From Escherichia coli (GTDB lineage Bacteria; Pseudomonadota; Gammaproteobacteria; Enterobacterales; Enterobacteriaceae), in the NCBI RefSeq assembly GCF_030384885.1, contig NZ_CP128613.1: a stretch of 64,000 nt of DNA; one strand, 5' to 3'. The notes beneath the pieces were generated by a model. It was not told the DNA's origin. It did not search any database and saw only the letters and a list, made by a program, of their open reading frames with translations. Below are positions 26,218-37,074 of the stretch, piece by piece (the first letter of the stretch is position 1; every line of letters starts with the position of its first letter). The position numbers were made by a program, and so were the translations under genes.

Positions 26218-27029
26218 CCGAATCAGTAGCCCGTTTGCGCGGCGAACAGTTAACCCTCGGATATGGCAAATATATCGTTGCGGAAAATCTGACTGTAGAA
26301 ATTCCTGATGGTCACTTCACGGCAATTATCGGGCCAAATGGCTGCGGTAAATCCACGTTACTGCGTACCTTAAGCCGCCTGATGACGCCTGCTCACGGGC
26401 ATGTCTGGCTGGATGGCGAGCACATTCAACATTACGCCAGTAAAGAGGTCGCACGCCGGATTGGTTTACTGGCGCAAAACGCCACCACGCCGGGAGATAT
26501 CACCGTGCAGGAGTTAGTAGCGCGCGGGCGTTACCCGCATCAACCGCTGTTTACCCGCTGGCGTAAAGAAGATGAAGAAGCGGTAACGAAAGCGATGCAG
26601 GCCACAGGAATAACTCATCTGGCAAATCAAAGCGTTGATACCCTCTCCGGTGGGCAACGTCAGCGAGCGTGGATCGCGATGGTGCTGGCCCAGGAAACGG
26701 CAATTATGCTACTCGACGAACCCACCACCTGGCTGGATATCAGTCATCAGATTGATTTGCTGGAATTGTTAAGCGAACTGAACCGCGAGAAAGGCTATAC
26801 CCTGGCGGCGGTACTGCACGATCTTAATCAGGCCTGTCGGTACGCTAGTCATTTGATTGCATTACGTGAAGGGAAAATTGTCGCTCAGGGAGCACCGAAA
26901 GAGATTGTCACTGCTGAATTGATCGAGCGTATTTATGGTTTGCGTTGCATGATCATTGACGATCCGGTAGCCGGAACTCCGCTTGTGGTGCCGCTCGGAC
27001 GAACGGCACCTTCAACCGCGAAGATTTAA
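26214..27029 (+). CDS. fepC: ferric enterobactin ABC transporter ATP-binding protein
   Basis: ORF recognised as FepC with Walker A GPNGCGKST; start at MTESVARLRG (271 aa); the 377-aa ORF from 25896 is an N-terminal over-extension into fepG. Confidence 0.9.
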   Translation: MTESVARLRGEQLTLGYGKYIVAENLTVEIPDGHFTAIIGPNGCGKSTLLRTLSRLMTPAHGHVWLDGEHIQHYASKEVARRIGLLAQNATTPGDITVQELVARGRYPHQPLFTRWRKEDEEAVTKAMQATGITHLANQSVDTLSGGQRQRAWIAMVLAQETAIMLLDEPTTWLDISHQIDLLELLSELNREKGYTLAAVLHDLNQACRYASHLIALREGKIVAQGAPKEIVTAELIERIYGLRCMIIDDPVAGTPLVVPLGRTAPSTAKI

Positions 27030-28159
27030 ACTAAGTGGTCTGCCATCATGGCATCCTGTTTTCTGGATGCCATGGCATGGCGCAACAGCACGCTACCACA
27101 AGCCACCATACCGCCGATCAACGCAGAAAGGATCACGATAATCGCCTTACCCGGACCGTCTTTTTTTACCGGTAATGACGGACGCAACTGATATTTAAAC
27201 GGCGTAAAATTCACATCGTTGACATTTGTTTTTGTTAATTGCTCGACTAGATACTGACGATTACGTAATTCACCATTCAGCTCCGCAACGTCAGTGACCG
27301 CTTTTTCAATTTCCAGTTTACGTTCAATACCGTCTGCGCCGAGAGAAATAGAAAAGTCGGGGTCATCTTTAACTGCCTGACCATTGCTATAAACGGGCTT
27401 TTTAATTCCTGCCGCGTTGGCAATGTCGAGTGAATAATTGAGGCGCTGAATGTTTGCATCAAGTTGGTTTTTCGTTTTAATGCGATCCTGAGCCAGTTTT
27501 TCTTTTTCAAACTGGGTTTTGATTTCCAGTTTATTACGGACGTTTTCTAGCGACTCTTTCACCACCAACGCAGAGATATAATCGATATACCCGCTCAAAA
27601 CGGTCTGCGCCTCTTCACTGGTTGGCGCGGTAAAACTTAGCGTCCAGGAGGTATACAGTGACGGTTCATCTTTTTTCTTACTGGCATTGTCATCAACCGC
27701 TTTCATTTTTTCGCTCAATGCGACAATTGCGCGATGCAAATCCAGTTCGTCGATTTTCGCCTCTTTTAATTGGTCCATCACATAAGGTGATGAGCGCAGG
27801 TACTCTTCCAGTAAGCTAATAGACTGAAACTTCTTGATAAATAGATTAAATACTCCATTACGATCGAGATTAACATCAAGATCCAGAACGCGCAGTTTAG
27901 TAAAGTTTTTCTCGAGGTCCTGCCACTGAATAGCCTCAGCGGGAGTAATGACGGCAGAGCTGGTCCATTTTTGCGGCAGGATGAAAGAGATCAGCAATCC
28001 TGTGCAGGCAAACGCAAAAACGACCGCCATGACCGTTTTTTTTGCTCGCCATAAAACGCCGATTAGATTAAGTAAATCAATTTCATTATTACTGGGCGAC
28101 GCCAGAGGATACTCGGGGAAATGAGCGTCACTTCCCTGTTTAATATTCAGTGATGACAT
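27026..28159 (-). CDS. fepE: polysaccharide co-polymerase (Wzz-like) protein
   Basis: ORF recognised as FepE; start at MSSLNIKQGS (377 aa). Confidence 0.86.
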   Translation of the reverse strand: MSSLNIKQGSDAHFPEYPLASPSNNEIDLLNLIGVLWRAKKTVMAVVFAFACTGLLISFILPQKWTSSAVITPAEAIQWQDLEKNFTKLRVLDLDVNLDRNGVFNLFIKKFQSISLLEEYLRSSPYVMDQLKEAKIDELDLHRAIVALSEKMKAVDDNASKKKDEPSLYTSWTLSFTAPTSEEAQTVLSGYIDYISALVVKESLENVRNKLEIKTQFEKEKLAQDRIKTKNQLDANIQRLNYSLDIANAAGIKKPVYSNGQAVKDDPDFSISLGADGIERKLEIEKAVTDVAELNGELRNRQYLVEQLTKTNVNDVNFTPFKYQLRPSLPVKKDGPGKAIIVILSALIGGMVACGSVLLRHAMASRKQDAMMADHLV

Positions 28160-28325
28160 GCGGTATAACCTGAAATGGGTCCAATAAGAGTAAATCTCCA
28201 CGGCCCCCACTTTACCAGTTGGTGAGATTTATCCGAAGCTGAAGTTTGTAAATTCCTCCCACTGAATGCAACATTCACTCTATTTCAGAGAAATATCCGT
28301 TAAATTGATAAATTAAATAAATAAT

Positions 28326-28358
28326 AAACCCATAATCATTTATTGTAATTATGGGTTT
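28326..28358 (-). terminator. AT-rich hairpin between entF and fepE (possible terminator/attenuator)
   Basis: perfect 11-bp inverted repeat aaacccataat / attatgggttt with 11-nt loop, U-rich tract downstream on the minus strand. Confidence 0.35.
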
Positions 28359-28373
28359 ATAGATAATATAAAT

Positions 28374-31300
28374 TTACTTATTTAGCGCCGCACGAATAAT
28401 TGGCCCTATTTTTTCAAACGCCATCGGCGAGATAATATCCACATGCGCGCAATCATGACGATAGATATCCAGCTCCGCAATCCATGGTGCCCAGGCCCGT
28501 TCGGGAGTCATCCCCTCCTGAAGCGTGCGTTCGGCAACAAACAGCGTCGCTTTTCCATCAAACGGAACACTATGGGCAGTGGTCAACAAGCGCACTGCAT
28601 CAGCGTAGTTGCCTTCAATGGTGGTAAACAGCTCCGTTGAAGTATTTCCCTGCTGTGCCGCCAGGAAAGCTTCACGTTCGCGGTTAATCTCCGCCAACAC
28701 TTCCGGGTCCAGACCATTAGCTTCTTTTTCCTGCCAGTTCTGCGTTTCTGGCGGCCAGGTATCCAGCAAGCCAAGAAATGCCACCTGTTCGCCACGCGCA
28801 CGCAGCCGTGCCGCAATCCCCTGCGCCAGCGTACCGCCCAGCGAATACCCCAGCAGGTAATAAGGGCCGTGCGGTTGTTGTTCAAGTAACGTTGCCAGAT
28901 GCGCTTCGCAGACTTCATCCAGGTTTGCCGCCGTCTGCATGGGGCCATGAGGACGCGGAGACTGGATGCCAATAATCGACCATTGAGGATCGAGATAACG
29001 CGAGAGCACGCTAAACTGCCAGGCAAAACCAGATGCTGGATGGAAACAAAACAGCGTCGGGCCATTACCTTCACGCAACGGCAGGATGGTTTCAAATCCC
29101 ATGCGCTGGGTGCTGTCTTCTTCACCATCAATAACCGTTGCCAGTTTGGCGACGGTTGACGCGACCATCACCTGCCCCGGCGTCACCTGACGGGCAAACT
29201 GTCGACTAAGTTGTGCTGCCAGTTTCATTGCCAGTAGCGAATGACCGCCAAGCGCGAAGAAATCAGCGTCAGCATCCTGCACGTCACAACCCAGCAATGA
29301 CGAGAACGCCGCGGCGATCATCGTTTCACTGCCCATTTTCGGCGCACGCCCCGGCGCTTGTGCCTTCAGTTCCGGCAACGGTAAGGCTTTGCGATCCAGC
29401 TTACCGTTGGCGCTAAGTGGTAACTGTGGCAGTTGCAGCAGAACCACGGGCACCATATGCGGAGGCAATTTTTCGCGAAGCTGCGCCTGCAATGCGCTGG
29501 TATCCAGCGGCAGGCCCGATTGCGACACCAGATAGCCCACCAGTTGACGTGCATCCCCTCCGGTGGCTGCCGCCTGATTAATCACACAAGCGTGGGTAAC
29601 TGCTTGCTCGACATCCGGCAGCGCCTGCATCACACGATCGATTTCGCCCAGTTCAATCCGCTGACCACGAATTTTTAGCTGATCATCACTACGCCCGAGA
29701 TACTCCACCGCGCCGTTATCCAGCCAGCGGGCAACATCTCCGGTACGGTACATGCGTTCACCGGGCGCGAAAGGATCGGCAATAAAGCGGCTGGCTGTCA
29801 GATCGGGTCGTCCAAGATACCCCTGCGCCAGTTGAATACCGGTGAGATAGAGATCGCCTGCCACACCCGGCGGCACCGGATGCATCATCGCATCGAGAAT
29901 GCGCAGGCCCGTGTTCCACACCGGGTAGCCAATCGGCACACTGCTGCCGCGTACCGCTGCAAGTTCAGCACCAAAGGCTGGATACCAGCTCACATCCACC
30001 GCCGCTTCCGTCGGGCCATAAAGATTATGTAACGGCGCGCCGGTTAACTGTTGCCATTCGCGACATAAATCGGCTGGTAAGGCTTCTCCGCTACAGAAAA
30101 CCTGTTTCAACGTCGCGCAACTCTGGCGAGCGGTTTCCGGCGTCAACGAAGCAACAAACGCCGCCAGCATCGACGGTACAAAATGCGTGGTCGTTACGCC
30201 ATATTCGGCAAAGAATTGCTGCATAGCGAGCGGATCGCGGTGCGCTTCCGGTTCAGCCATCACCAGTTTCGCCCCGGCAATAAACGGCCAGAAAAACTCC
30301 CACACCGAGACATCAAAACTGCACGGCGTTTTTTGGGCAACGACATCTTCGCCTGTAAGCGGGTAGTGGTTTTGCATCCAAAGCAGGCGGTTAACGATAG
30401 CCGTCTGCCCGACCATTACCCCTTTCGGCCTGCCGGTGGAACCGGAGGTAAAGATGATATAAGCCGTGTGGTGCGGTTGTGAAAGTTGCAGCGGCGCACT
30501 GCCCTGCGGTGTAAGCGGGGCGTTATAGCAAAGACTGGTTAAATTGGGGATATCGCTAAAGCGCGGCAGTTGATCATCGGTGGTGATTAACAGTGACGGA
30601 CGCGCATCTTCCAGCATCATTTTCAGGCGATCGTCCGGATAGCCCGTATCCAGCGGTAGCCAGGCCGCACCTGCTTCAACTATCGCATGTAGCGCCATAG
30701 TCAAAAAGACCGAGCGCGGTAGTGCCACCGCTACGCTGTCGCCAGGTTTAACGCCGCGCTCACGCAGCAGATTCGCCAGCGCCACCACCTGCTCGCGCAT
30801 TTCCCGATAACTGAACTGGTAACGCACATCTGCCAGTGCCGGAGCATCCGGCGTTTTTGCCGCCTGTTCTGCCACCAGCGCGCTCAGTGTGGTTTCTGGA
30901 ATCTCAACCTGAGTGGCGTTGATCTGCGCCAGCTGTGCATACTCTTCTGGCAGCATAATATCGACATCGCCGCACAACCGCGCCGGATCCGCGGCAAACT
31001 GCACCGTCAGCATTTTCAGCCGTTCAGCATGCTGGATTAGCGTTGGCTCATCGTAACGCTGTTTATTGGCGAGGATCTCAATACTCAAATCACCGTTTTC
31101 ATCCGGGAAAAGGGCCAGTTCAAGGTCATTAACCGGACCGGTTGCCAGGGTATGGGTTTGCGCCTGTACCCCCGGAATATCTAACTGATAATCAAATACT
31201 TTAATATTGAGCACCGGACCGAACAGCGGTTCCTCTCCCGCCGCGCGCCCGCTGTCACGGACAATTTGTTCGGCATCGTAACGTTGATGACGACGCATTT

Positions 31301-32255
31301 TTTTCAGTTGTGCCGCTAGTCGGGCTGCCAGTTGCGGCAATGTTTCTTGTGCCTCAATGTGAATACCCAACGGCAACACGTTGAGCACGGGTCCGGTAGC
31401 CGTCAGCGCCGCTGAGCCCAGTCGACGCATAAAGATAAATCCGGCGGCGTAGTCCATGCGGTTGCACAATCGCCCCAGCCACAAAGCCGCCAGCGCAAGG
31501 GCTATATCGGTACGCTGCACACCTGAAAGTTGCGTAGCCAACTGGCGGAATTCCCCGCCGTTAAATTCCAGTTTCAGACGCAAAATATCTGCCGAGGCGC
31601 TGCGCCCCGGTAAAGGGGCTGGAGAAAGTGACGCGGGCGGTGGTAGTTGACGACGCTGTTCCGCCCAGAATGCCGCATCACGCTGCCAGGCTTCGCTTTC
31701 GCGGTACTGCTGGTACTCTTCCACTACCTCAGCGAAAGGCGTAAACGGCGAAGCCGGTGTTGGTTCGCCACACCCCCATGCACAGTAAATGTTGGCGATC
31801 TGGCGGGTAATGACCGGGAAACTGAAGCCATCGACCAGCAAATGGTGGTAACGCTGATACCAGTACCAGCGGTTATCTGCCACCTGTATCAGTTGATGAA
31901 AAACCAGAGGTTTACCGCTATCGACGCGCAGATCTTGTTGCAAATCCGCCTGCATTAATGCCTGCGCAGTACCGTGCGGATCAATGTTGGTTCGCAGGTC
32001 GATAATTTCTGGCAGTTCGAACGTCAGCGCATCATCGACCCATTGCCAGACTTCGCCGTTATCTTCCGTAAAACGCATCCGCAGCGTATCTGCTTGCGCT
32101 AATCCGGCAACCACCGCGCGAGCCAGTAATGGCGCATCAACATCTCCGGTTAACTCAACGTAATGCGCCACGCTCCAGGCGGAGGGTAAATCCGACAGTT
32201 TTTCTGCCATCCAGATGCCGGGCTGTGCGGCAACTAAAGGTAAATGCTGGCTCAT
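28374..32255 (-). CDS. entF: enterobactin non-ribosomal peptide synthetase (C-A-PCP-TE)
   Basis: ORF recognised as EntF; start at MSQHLPLVAAQPGIWMAEKL (1293 aa); the ORF-track start at 32393 is an over-extension. Confidence 0.94.
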   Translation of the reverse strand: MSQHLPLVAAQPGIWMAEKLSDLPSAWSVAHYVELTGDVDAPLLARAVVAGLAQADTLRMRFTEDNGEVWQWVDDALTFELPEIIDLRTNIDPHGTAQALMQADLQQDLRVDSGKPLVFHQLIQVADNRWYWYQRYHHLLVDGFSFPVITRQIANIYCAWGCGEPTPASPFTPFAEVVEEYQQYRESEAWQRDAAFWAEQRRQLPPPASLSPAPLPGRSASADILRLKLEFNGGEFRQLATQLSGVQRTDIALALAALWLGRLCNRMDYAAGFIFMRRLGSAALTATGPVLNVLPLGIHIEAQETLPQLAARLAAQLKKMRRHQRYDAEQIVRDSGRAAGEEPLFGPVLNIKVFDYQLDIPGVQAQTHTLATGPVNDLELALFPDENGDLSIEILANKQRYDEPTLIQHAERLKMLTVQFAADPARLCGDVDIMLPEEYAQLAQINATQVEIPETTLSALVAEQAAKTPDAPALADVRYQFSYREMREQVVALANLLRERGVKPGDSVAVALPRSVFLTMALHAIVEAGAAWLPLDTGYPDDRLKMMLEDARPSLLITTDDQLPRFSDIPNLTSLCYNAPLTPQGSAPLQLSQPHHTAYIIFTSGSTGRPKGVMVGQTAIVNRLLWMQNHYPLTGEDVVAQKTPCSFDVSVWEFFWPFIAGAKLVMAEPEAHRDPLAMQQFFAEYGVTTTHFVPSMLAAFVASLTPETARQSCATLKQVFCSGEALPADLCREWQQLTGAPLHNLYGPTEAAVDVSWYPAFGAELAAVRGSSVPIGYPVWNTGLRILDAMMHPVPPGVAGDLYLTGIQLAQGYLGRPDLTASRFIADPFAPGERMYRTGDVARWLDNGAVEYLGRSDDQLKIRGQRIELGEIDRVMQALPDVEQAVTHACVINQAAATGGDARQLVGYLVSQSGLPLDTSALQAQLREKLPPHMVPVVLLQLPQLPLSANGKLDRKALPLPELKAQAPGRAPKMGSETMIAAAFSSLLGCDVQDADADFFALGGHSLLAMKLAAQLSRQFARQVTPGQVMVASTVAKLATVIDGEEDSTQRMGFETILPLREGNGPTLFCFHPASGFAWQFSVLSRYLDPQWSIIGIQSPRPHGPMQTAANLDEVCEAHLATLLEQQPHGPYYLLGYSLGGTLAQGIAARLRARGEQVAFLGLLDTWPPETQNWQEKEANGLDPEVLAEINREREAFLAAQQGNTSTELFTTIEGNYADAVRLLTTAHSVPFDGKATLFVAERTLQEGMTPERAWAPWIAELDIYRHDCAHVDIISPMAFEKIGPIIRAALNK

Positions 32256-32470
32256 TGCGCCTCCTGCTGCTGGATGAAATTCGCCGGTGTCAGAGTACGC
32301 CAGTGGGCGTCCAGCCACTGCTGGCAGGACGCCTGTGACTGCGGCTGACACACAACATCCCAGCCTGCCGGTAAGGCGCACTGTTGCGGCCACAGACTGA
32401 ATTGCCCCTGCGCATTGCGTAAAATGTAAAACACGCCCTGCGGATCATCGAAGGGATTACTGAATGCCAT
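32252..32470 (-). CDS. ybdZ: MbtH-like protein
   Basis: 72-aa ORF recognised as YbdZ; stop overlaps entF start. Confidence 0.85.
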   Translation of the reverse strand: MAFSNPFDDPQGVFYILRNAQGQFSLWPQQCALPAGWDVVCQPQSQASCQQWLDAHWRTLTPANFIQQQEAQ

Positions 32471-32472
32471 AT

Positions 32473-33675
32473 TCAACTCCTGTCATGGAAAAGTGGTTGC
32501 CAGAGGTCGATTAGCCCCTGCATCAAGCCACCGCGCCAACAAAGCGCATCATGTCCGCCGTCAACCTGACGCCAGAAAATGGATTCTTTTAGGGGGGTTA
32601 ATTGCGCATACAGCGCCTGATTGGCCCGCATGATCATCGGCTCGCGAATACCTGCTTCCAGCACAATGCGCAGACCTTCGGCGCTAACTTCACCAGCTTT
32701 GAGCTGTTCAAGTAACACGCCCTCTTGCTGCCCGCCCCGATGCGGCCACCAGTACGATCCCGACTGGCTTAATACACAGCCAAAGCGTTCAGGCCAGCGC
32801 AGTCCGGCATACAGCGCGGAAAGTCCACCAAAACTCTGCCCTGCGACCACGGAGCGATCGGCGCGATCGCTAAAGGGGGCGATAGTTTTCACCTGGGGTA
32901 ATAACTCTTGCTGTACTGCCAGCCAGAAATCCGCATTACATGGCAGTTCGTGGGCACGTTGCGTGGTGTCGATAGCGTCGATCAACACGTACACGGCGGG
33001 AGGAAGTTGCTGACGATGGGTCAACGAAGTCAGCACAGGCCAGACGGGCATACTCTGCGCCCAAAATTCGCCATCAAGTAAAACTGCCAGCGGACGTTCT
33101 TCTGCTGTTGCATCGCCGGTGGTAAAAATCCATACACGGCGTGAATTTTTCAACCGTTCACTTTTCCAGATAATTTCTTTGGCAGGCGTTTCTGGCGCTT
33201 GCGGACAATCCCATCCTGGTTGCAGGGGCGCTTGCGGCATTTCGAGTGCAGAAACAGCGTGCCCTCGCCCGCCTTTCCAGCTTTGTGGATTTAGCGGATC
33301 GGCTATCGCCTGGGGTAATAGTTTTCGCCAGCCTTCGCGCAATTCGAGGCGATCAGGTGATGGTGCAGAAAAAATGTCATCACGTTCGGTAGGAATAAAA
33401 CAGTAGCTGCCGCGCCAGTTGGCATTGAGTTGTGTCGTCCACTGCCAGACATCGGTCCCTGCAATTCGCTGCATCGACTGGGGCTGGCTGTTCCGATGGT
33501 GATCGGTCACGCCAGTGATATAGACCCATACGCGCTTTATCGTCGAGTGGTCTTCAGAACCTTGTGGATCACGCCACCAGAAAGTGACCTGATACATTTC
33601 GTCATTCAGACGCTGACATTCCGGGCCATGTTTCGACTGCCACCAGCTCTCACTTCCTACTTTTAACGCCATCAC
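32473..33675 (-). CDS. fes: enterochelin (ferric enterobactin) esterase
   Basis: 400-aa ORF recognised as Fes; first gene of fes-ybdZ-entF-fepE. Confidence 0.9.
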   Translation of the reverse strand: MMALKVGSESWWQSKHGPECQRLNDEMYQVTFWWRDPQGSEDHSTIKRVWVYITGVTDHHRNSQPQSMQRIAGTDVWQWTTQLNANWRGSYCFIPTERDDIFSAPSPDRLELREGWRKLLPQAIADPLNPQSWKGGRGHAVSALEMPQAPLQPGWDCPQAPETPAKEIIWKSERLKNSRRVWIFTTGDATAEERPLAVLLDGEFWAQSMPVWPVLTSLTHRQQLPPAVYVLIDAIDTTQRAHELPCNADFWLAVQQELLPQVKTIAPFSDRADRSVVAGQSFGGLSALYAGLRWPERFGCVLSQSGSYWWPHRGGQQEGVLLEQLKAGEVSAEGLRIVLEAGIREPMIMRANQALYAQLTPLKESIFWRQVDGGHDALCWRGGLMQGLIDLWQPLFHDRS

Positions 33676-33726
33676 ACCATAACCCCATGTTTACTGTGCA
33701 ATTTTTCATTGATTGCAGAAATATAT

Positions 33727-33751
33727 TGATAATATTATTGATAACTATTTG
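33727..33751. promoter_or_regulatory. Fur box(es) in divergent fes / fepA promoter region
   Basis: gataatattattgataactatttgc contains tandem Fur-like hexamers. Confidence 0.55.
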
Positions 33752-33917
33752 CATTTGCAATAGCGTAATGGCGCGCCGTGGGAAGCGCGGACATTAATTA
33801 ACCAACTGCACTGCGTGTCTTTCAGGATCAAAGGTTTTCGCGGTAGCGGGATACGTCGTATTGATGACGACTACGCCCGACAGTTGCAATTCGTGGCAAA
33901 AATGCAGGAATAAAACA

Positions 33918-36158
33918 ATGAACAAGAAGATTCATTCCCTGGCCTTGTTGGTCAATCTGGGGATTTATGGGGTAGCGCAGGCACAAGAGCCAACCGATAC
34001 TCCTGTTTCACATGACGATACTATTGTCGTTACCGCCGCCGAGCAGAACTTGCAGGCGCCTGGCGTTTCGACCATCACCGCAGATGAAATCCGCAAAAAC
34101 CCGGTTGCCCGCGATGTATCGGAGATCATTCGTACCATGCCTGGCGTTAATCTGACAGGTAACTCCACCAGTGGTCAGCGTGGTAATAACCGCCAGATTG
34201 ATATTCGCGGCATGGGTCCGGAAAACACGCTGATTTTGATTGACGGTAAGCCTGTCAGCAGCCGTAACTCGGTGCGTCAGGGCTGGCGTGGCGAGCGTGA
34301 TACCCGTGGTGATACCTCCTGGGTGCCGCCTGAAATGATTGAACGTATTGAAGTTCTGCGTGGTCCGGCAGCTGCGCGTTATGGCAACGGCGCGGCGGGC
34401 GGCGTGGTTAACATCATTACCAAAAAAGGCAGCGGCGAGTGGCACGGCTCATGGGATGCTTATTTCAATGCGCCAGAGCATAAAGAGGAAGGTGCCACCA
34501 AACGCACCAACTTCAGCTTGACCGGTCCGCTGGGCGACGAATTCAGCTTCCGTTTATATGGCAACCTCGACAAAACTCAGGCTGATGCATGGGATATTAA
34601 CCAGGGCCATCAGTCAGCGCGTGCCGGAACGTATGCCACGACGTTACCAGCCGGGCGCGAAGGGGTGATCAACAAAGATATCAATGGCGTGGTGCGTTGG
34701 GACTTCGCCCCTATGCAATCACTCGAACTTGAAGCGGGCTACAGCCGCCAGGGTAACCTGTATGCAGGTGATACCCAAAACACCAACTCCGATTCCTATA
34801 CGCGCTCGAAATATGGCGATGAAACCAACCGCCTGTATCGCCAGAACTACTCGCTGACCTGGAACGGTGGCTGGGATAACGGCGTGACCACCAGCAATTG
34901 GGTGCAGTACGAACACACCCGTAACTCGCGTATACCGGAAGGTTTGGCGGGCGGCACCGAAGGGAAATTTAACGAAAAAGCGACACAAGATTTCGTCGAT
35001 ATCGATCTTGATGACGTGATGTTGCACAGCGAAGTTAACCTGCCGATTGATTTCCTCGTTAACCAGACGCTGACGCTGGGGACTGAGTGGAATCAGCAGC
35101 GGATGAAGGACTTAAGTTCCAACACCCAGGCGCTGACCGGAACGAATACCGGCGGTGCTATTGATGGTGTGAGTGCCACCGACCGTAGCCCATATTCAAA
35201 GGCAGAAATTTTCTCGCTATTTGCCGAAAACAACATGGAGCTGACTGACAGCACCATCGTAACGCCGGGGCTGCGTTTCGATCATCACAGCATTGTCGGC
35301 AATAACTGGAGTCCGGCGCTGAATATATCGCAAGGTTTAGGCGATGACTTCACGCTGAAAATGGGCATCGCCCGTGCTTATAAAGCGCCGAGCCTGTACC
35401 AGACTAACCCGAACTACATTCTCTACAGTAAAGGTCAGGGCTGCTATGCCAGCGCGGGCGGCTGCTATCTGCAAGGTAATGATGACCTGAAAGCGGAAAC
35501 CAGCATCAACAAAGAGATTGGTCTGGAGTTCAAACGCGACGGCTGGCTGGCGGGCGTCACCTGGTTCCGTAACGATTATCGCAATAAGATTGAAGCGGGC
35601 TATGTGGCTGTAGGGCAAAACGCAGTCGGCACCGATCTCTATCAGTGGGATAACGTGCCGAAAGCGGTGGTTGAAGGTCTGGAAGGATCGTTAAACGTAC
35701 CGGTTAGCGAAACGGTGATGTGGACCAATAACATCACTTATATGCTGAAGAGTGAAAACAAAACCACGGGCGACCGTTTGTCGATCATCCCGGAGTATAC
35801 GTTGAACTCAACGCTGAGCTGGCAGGCGCGGGAAGATTTGTCGATGCAAACGACCTTCACCTGGTACGGCAAGCAGCAGCCGAAGAAGTACAACTATAAA
35901 GGCCAGCCAGCGGTTGGACCGGAAACCAAAGAAATTAGCCCTTACAGCATTGTTGGCCTGAGCGCGACCTGGGATGTGACGAAGAATGTCAGTCTGACCG
36001 GCGGCGTGGACAACCTGTTCGACAAGCGTTTGTGGCGTGCGGGTAATGCCCAGACCACGGGCGATTTGGCAGGAGCCAACTATATCGCGGGTGCCGGCGC
36101 GTATACCTATAACGAGCCGGGACGTACGTGGTATATGAGCGTAAACACTCACTTCTGA
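33918..36158 (+). CDS. fepA: TonB-dependent ferric enterobactin outer membrane receptor
   Basis: ORF recognised as FepA; start at MNKKIHSLALLVNLGIYGVAQA signal peptide (746 aa); C-terminal aromatic residue. Confidence 0.92.
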   Translation: MNKKIHSLALLVNLGIYGVAQAQEPTDTPVSHDDTIVVTAAEQNLQAPGVSTITADEIRKNPVARDVSEIIRTMPGVNLTGNSTSGQRGNNRQIDIRGMGPENTLILIDGKPVSSRNSVRQGWRGERDTRGDTSWVPPEMIERIEVLRGPAAARYGNGAAGGVVNIITKKGSGEWHGSWDAYFNAPEHKEEGATKRTNFSLTGPLGDEFSFRLYGNLDKTQADAWDINQGHQSARAGTYATTLPAGREGVINKDINGVVRWDFAPMQSLELEAGYSRQGNLYAGDTQNTNSDSYTRSKYGDETNRLYRQNYSLTWNGGWDNGVTTSNWVQYEHTRNSRIPEGLAGGTEGKFNEKATQDFVDIDLDDVMLHSEVNLPIDFLVNQTLTLGTEWNQQRMKDLSSNTQALTGTNTGGAIDGVSATDRSPYSKAEIFSLFAENNMELTDSTIVTPGLRFDHHSIVGNNWSPALNISQGLGDDFTLKMGIARAYKAPSLYQTNPNYILYSKGQGCYASAGGCYLQGNDDLKAETSINKEIGLEFKRDGWLAGVTWFRNDYRNKIEAGYVAVGQNAVGTDLYQWDNVPKAVVEGLEGSLNVPVSETVMWTNNITYMLKSENKTTGDRLSIIPEYTLNSTLSWQAREDLSMQTTFTWYGKQQPKKYNYKGQPAVGPETKEISPYSIVGLSATWDVTKNVSLTGGVDNLFDKRLWRAGNAQTTGDLAGANYIAGAGAYTYNEPGRTWYMSVNTHF

Positions 36159-36197
36159 TGCTAACGTCAGATTGTTGACAAAGTGCGCGTCGTTCAT

Positions 36198-36296
36198 GCC
36201 GGATGCGGCGTGAACGCCTTATCCGGCCTACAAAAATCTTGCCAATTCAATATATTGCAGGATAGTGTAGGCCTGATAAGCGTAGCGCATCAGGCA
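36198..36296. repeat. REP/BIME element: two inverted REP units in fepA–entD intergenic region
   Basis: gccggatgcggcgtgaacgccttatccggcctac and inverted gtaggcctgataagcgtagcgcatcaggc match canonical E. coli REP sequences. Confidence 0.8.
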
Positions 36297-36323
36297 GTTT
36301 TGCGTTTGTCATCAGTCTCTAAT

Positions 36324-36953
36324 ATGGTCGATATGAAAACTACGCATACCTCCCTCCCCTTTGCCGGACATACGCTGCATTTTGTTGAGTTCGATCCAGC
36401 AAGTTTTCACGAACAGGATTTACTCTGGCTGCCGCACTACGCTCAACTGCAACACACTGGACAGAAACGCAAAACAGAGCATTTAGCCGGACGGATCGCT
36501 GCTGTTTATGCCTTGCGGGAATGTGGCCTTAAATGTGTGCCCGCAATCGGCGATCTACGCCAACCTATGTGGCCTGCGGGGGTATTTGGCAGTATCAGCC
36601 ACTGCGGGACTACGGCATTGGCAGTGGTATCCCGTCAACCCATTGGCATTGATATCGAAGAGATTTTCTCTGTACAAACCGCAAGAGAATTGACAGACAA
36701 CATTATTACACCAGCAGAACACGAGCGACTCGCAGAATGCGGTTTAACCTTTTCTCTGGCGCTGACACTGGCATTTTCCGCCAAAGAGAGCGCATTTAAG
36801 GCAAGCAAGATACAGGCCGCTCAAGGTTTTCTGGATTATCAGATAATTAGCTGGAATAAACAGCAGATCATCATTCGACTAGAGGATGAGCAGTTTGCTG
36901 TGCACTGGCAGATAAAAGAAAAAATAGTCATAACGCTGTGCCAACACGATTAA
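36324..36953 (+). CDS. entD: 4'-phosphopantetheinyl transferase (enterobactin synthetase component D)
   Basis: ORF recognised as EntD; start placed at MVDMKTTHTSLPFAG; the upstream part of the 256-aa ORF covers the REP element; start uncertain by a few codons. Confidence 0.82.
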   Translation: MVDMKTTHTSLPFAGHTLHFVEFDPASFHEQDLLWLPHYAQLQHTGQKRKTEHLAGRIAAVYALRECGLKCVPAIGDLRQPMWPAGVFGSISHCGTTALAVVSRQPIGIDIEEIFSVQTARELTDNIITPAEHERLAECGLTFSLALTLAFSAKESAFKASKIQAAQGFLDYQIISWNKQQIIIRLEDEQFAVHWQIKEKIVITLCQHD

Positions 36954-37074
36954 TTGACAACATCTGGTACGATTCGCCCGCAGCCATCACTGACCACGGG
37001 CGAAAGTGTAAAGCAGGTGCCTTACCATCCTGACCTGACAACCGGATATGCGGGGATTACTCCCCGCACAACGG

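Noticed and set aside
28583-29131. 182-aa minus-strand ORF and several 60-100-aa ORFs within entF
   Set aside because: Alternative-frame or antisense ORFs inside a 3.9-kb NRPS gene; Arg/Trp/Cys-rich composition typical of out-of-frame translation of GC-rich coding DNA.
36183-36323. N-terminal extension of entD to the ORF-track start at 36183
   Set aside because: The extra 47 codons run through a REP/BIME element; the recognisable EntD N-terminus begins near 36324.
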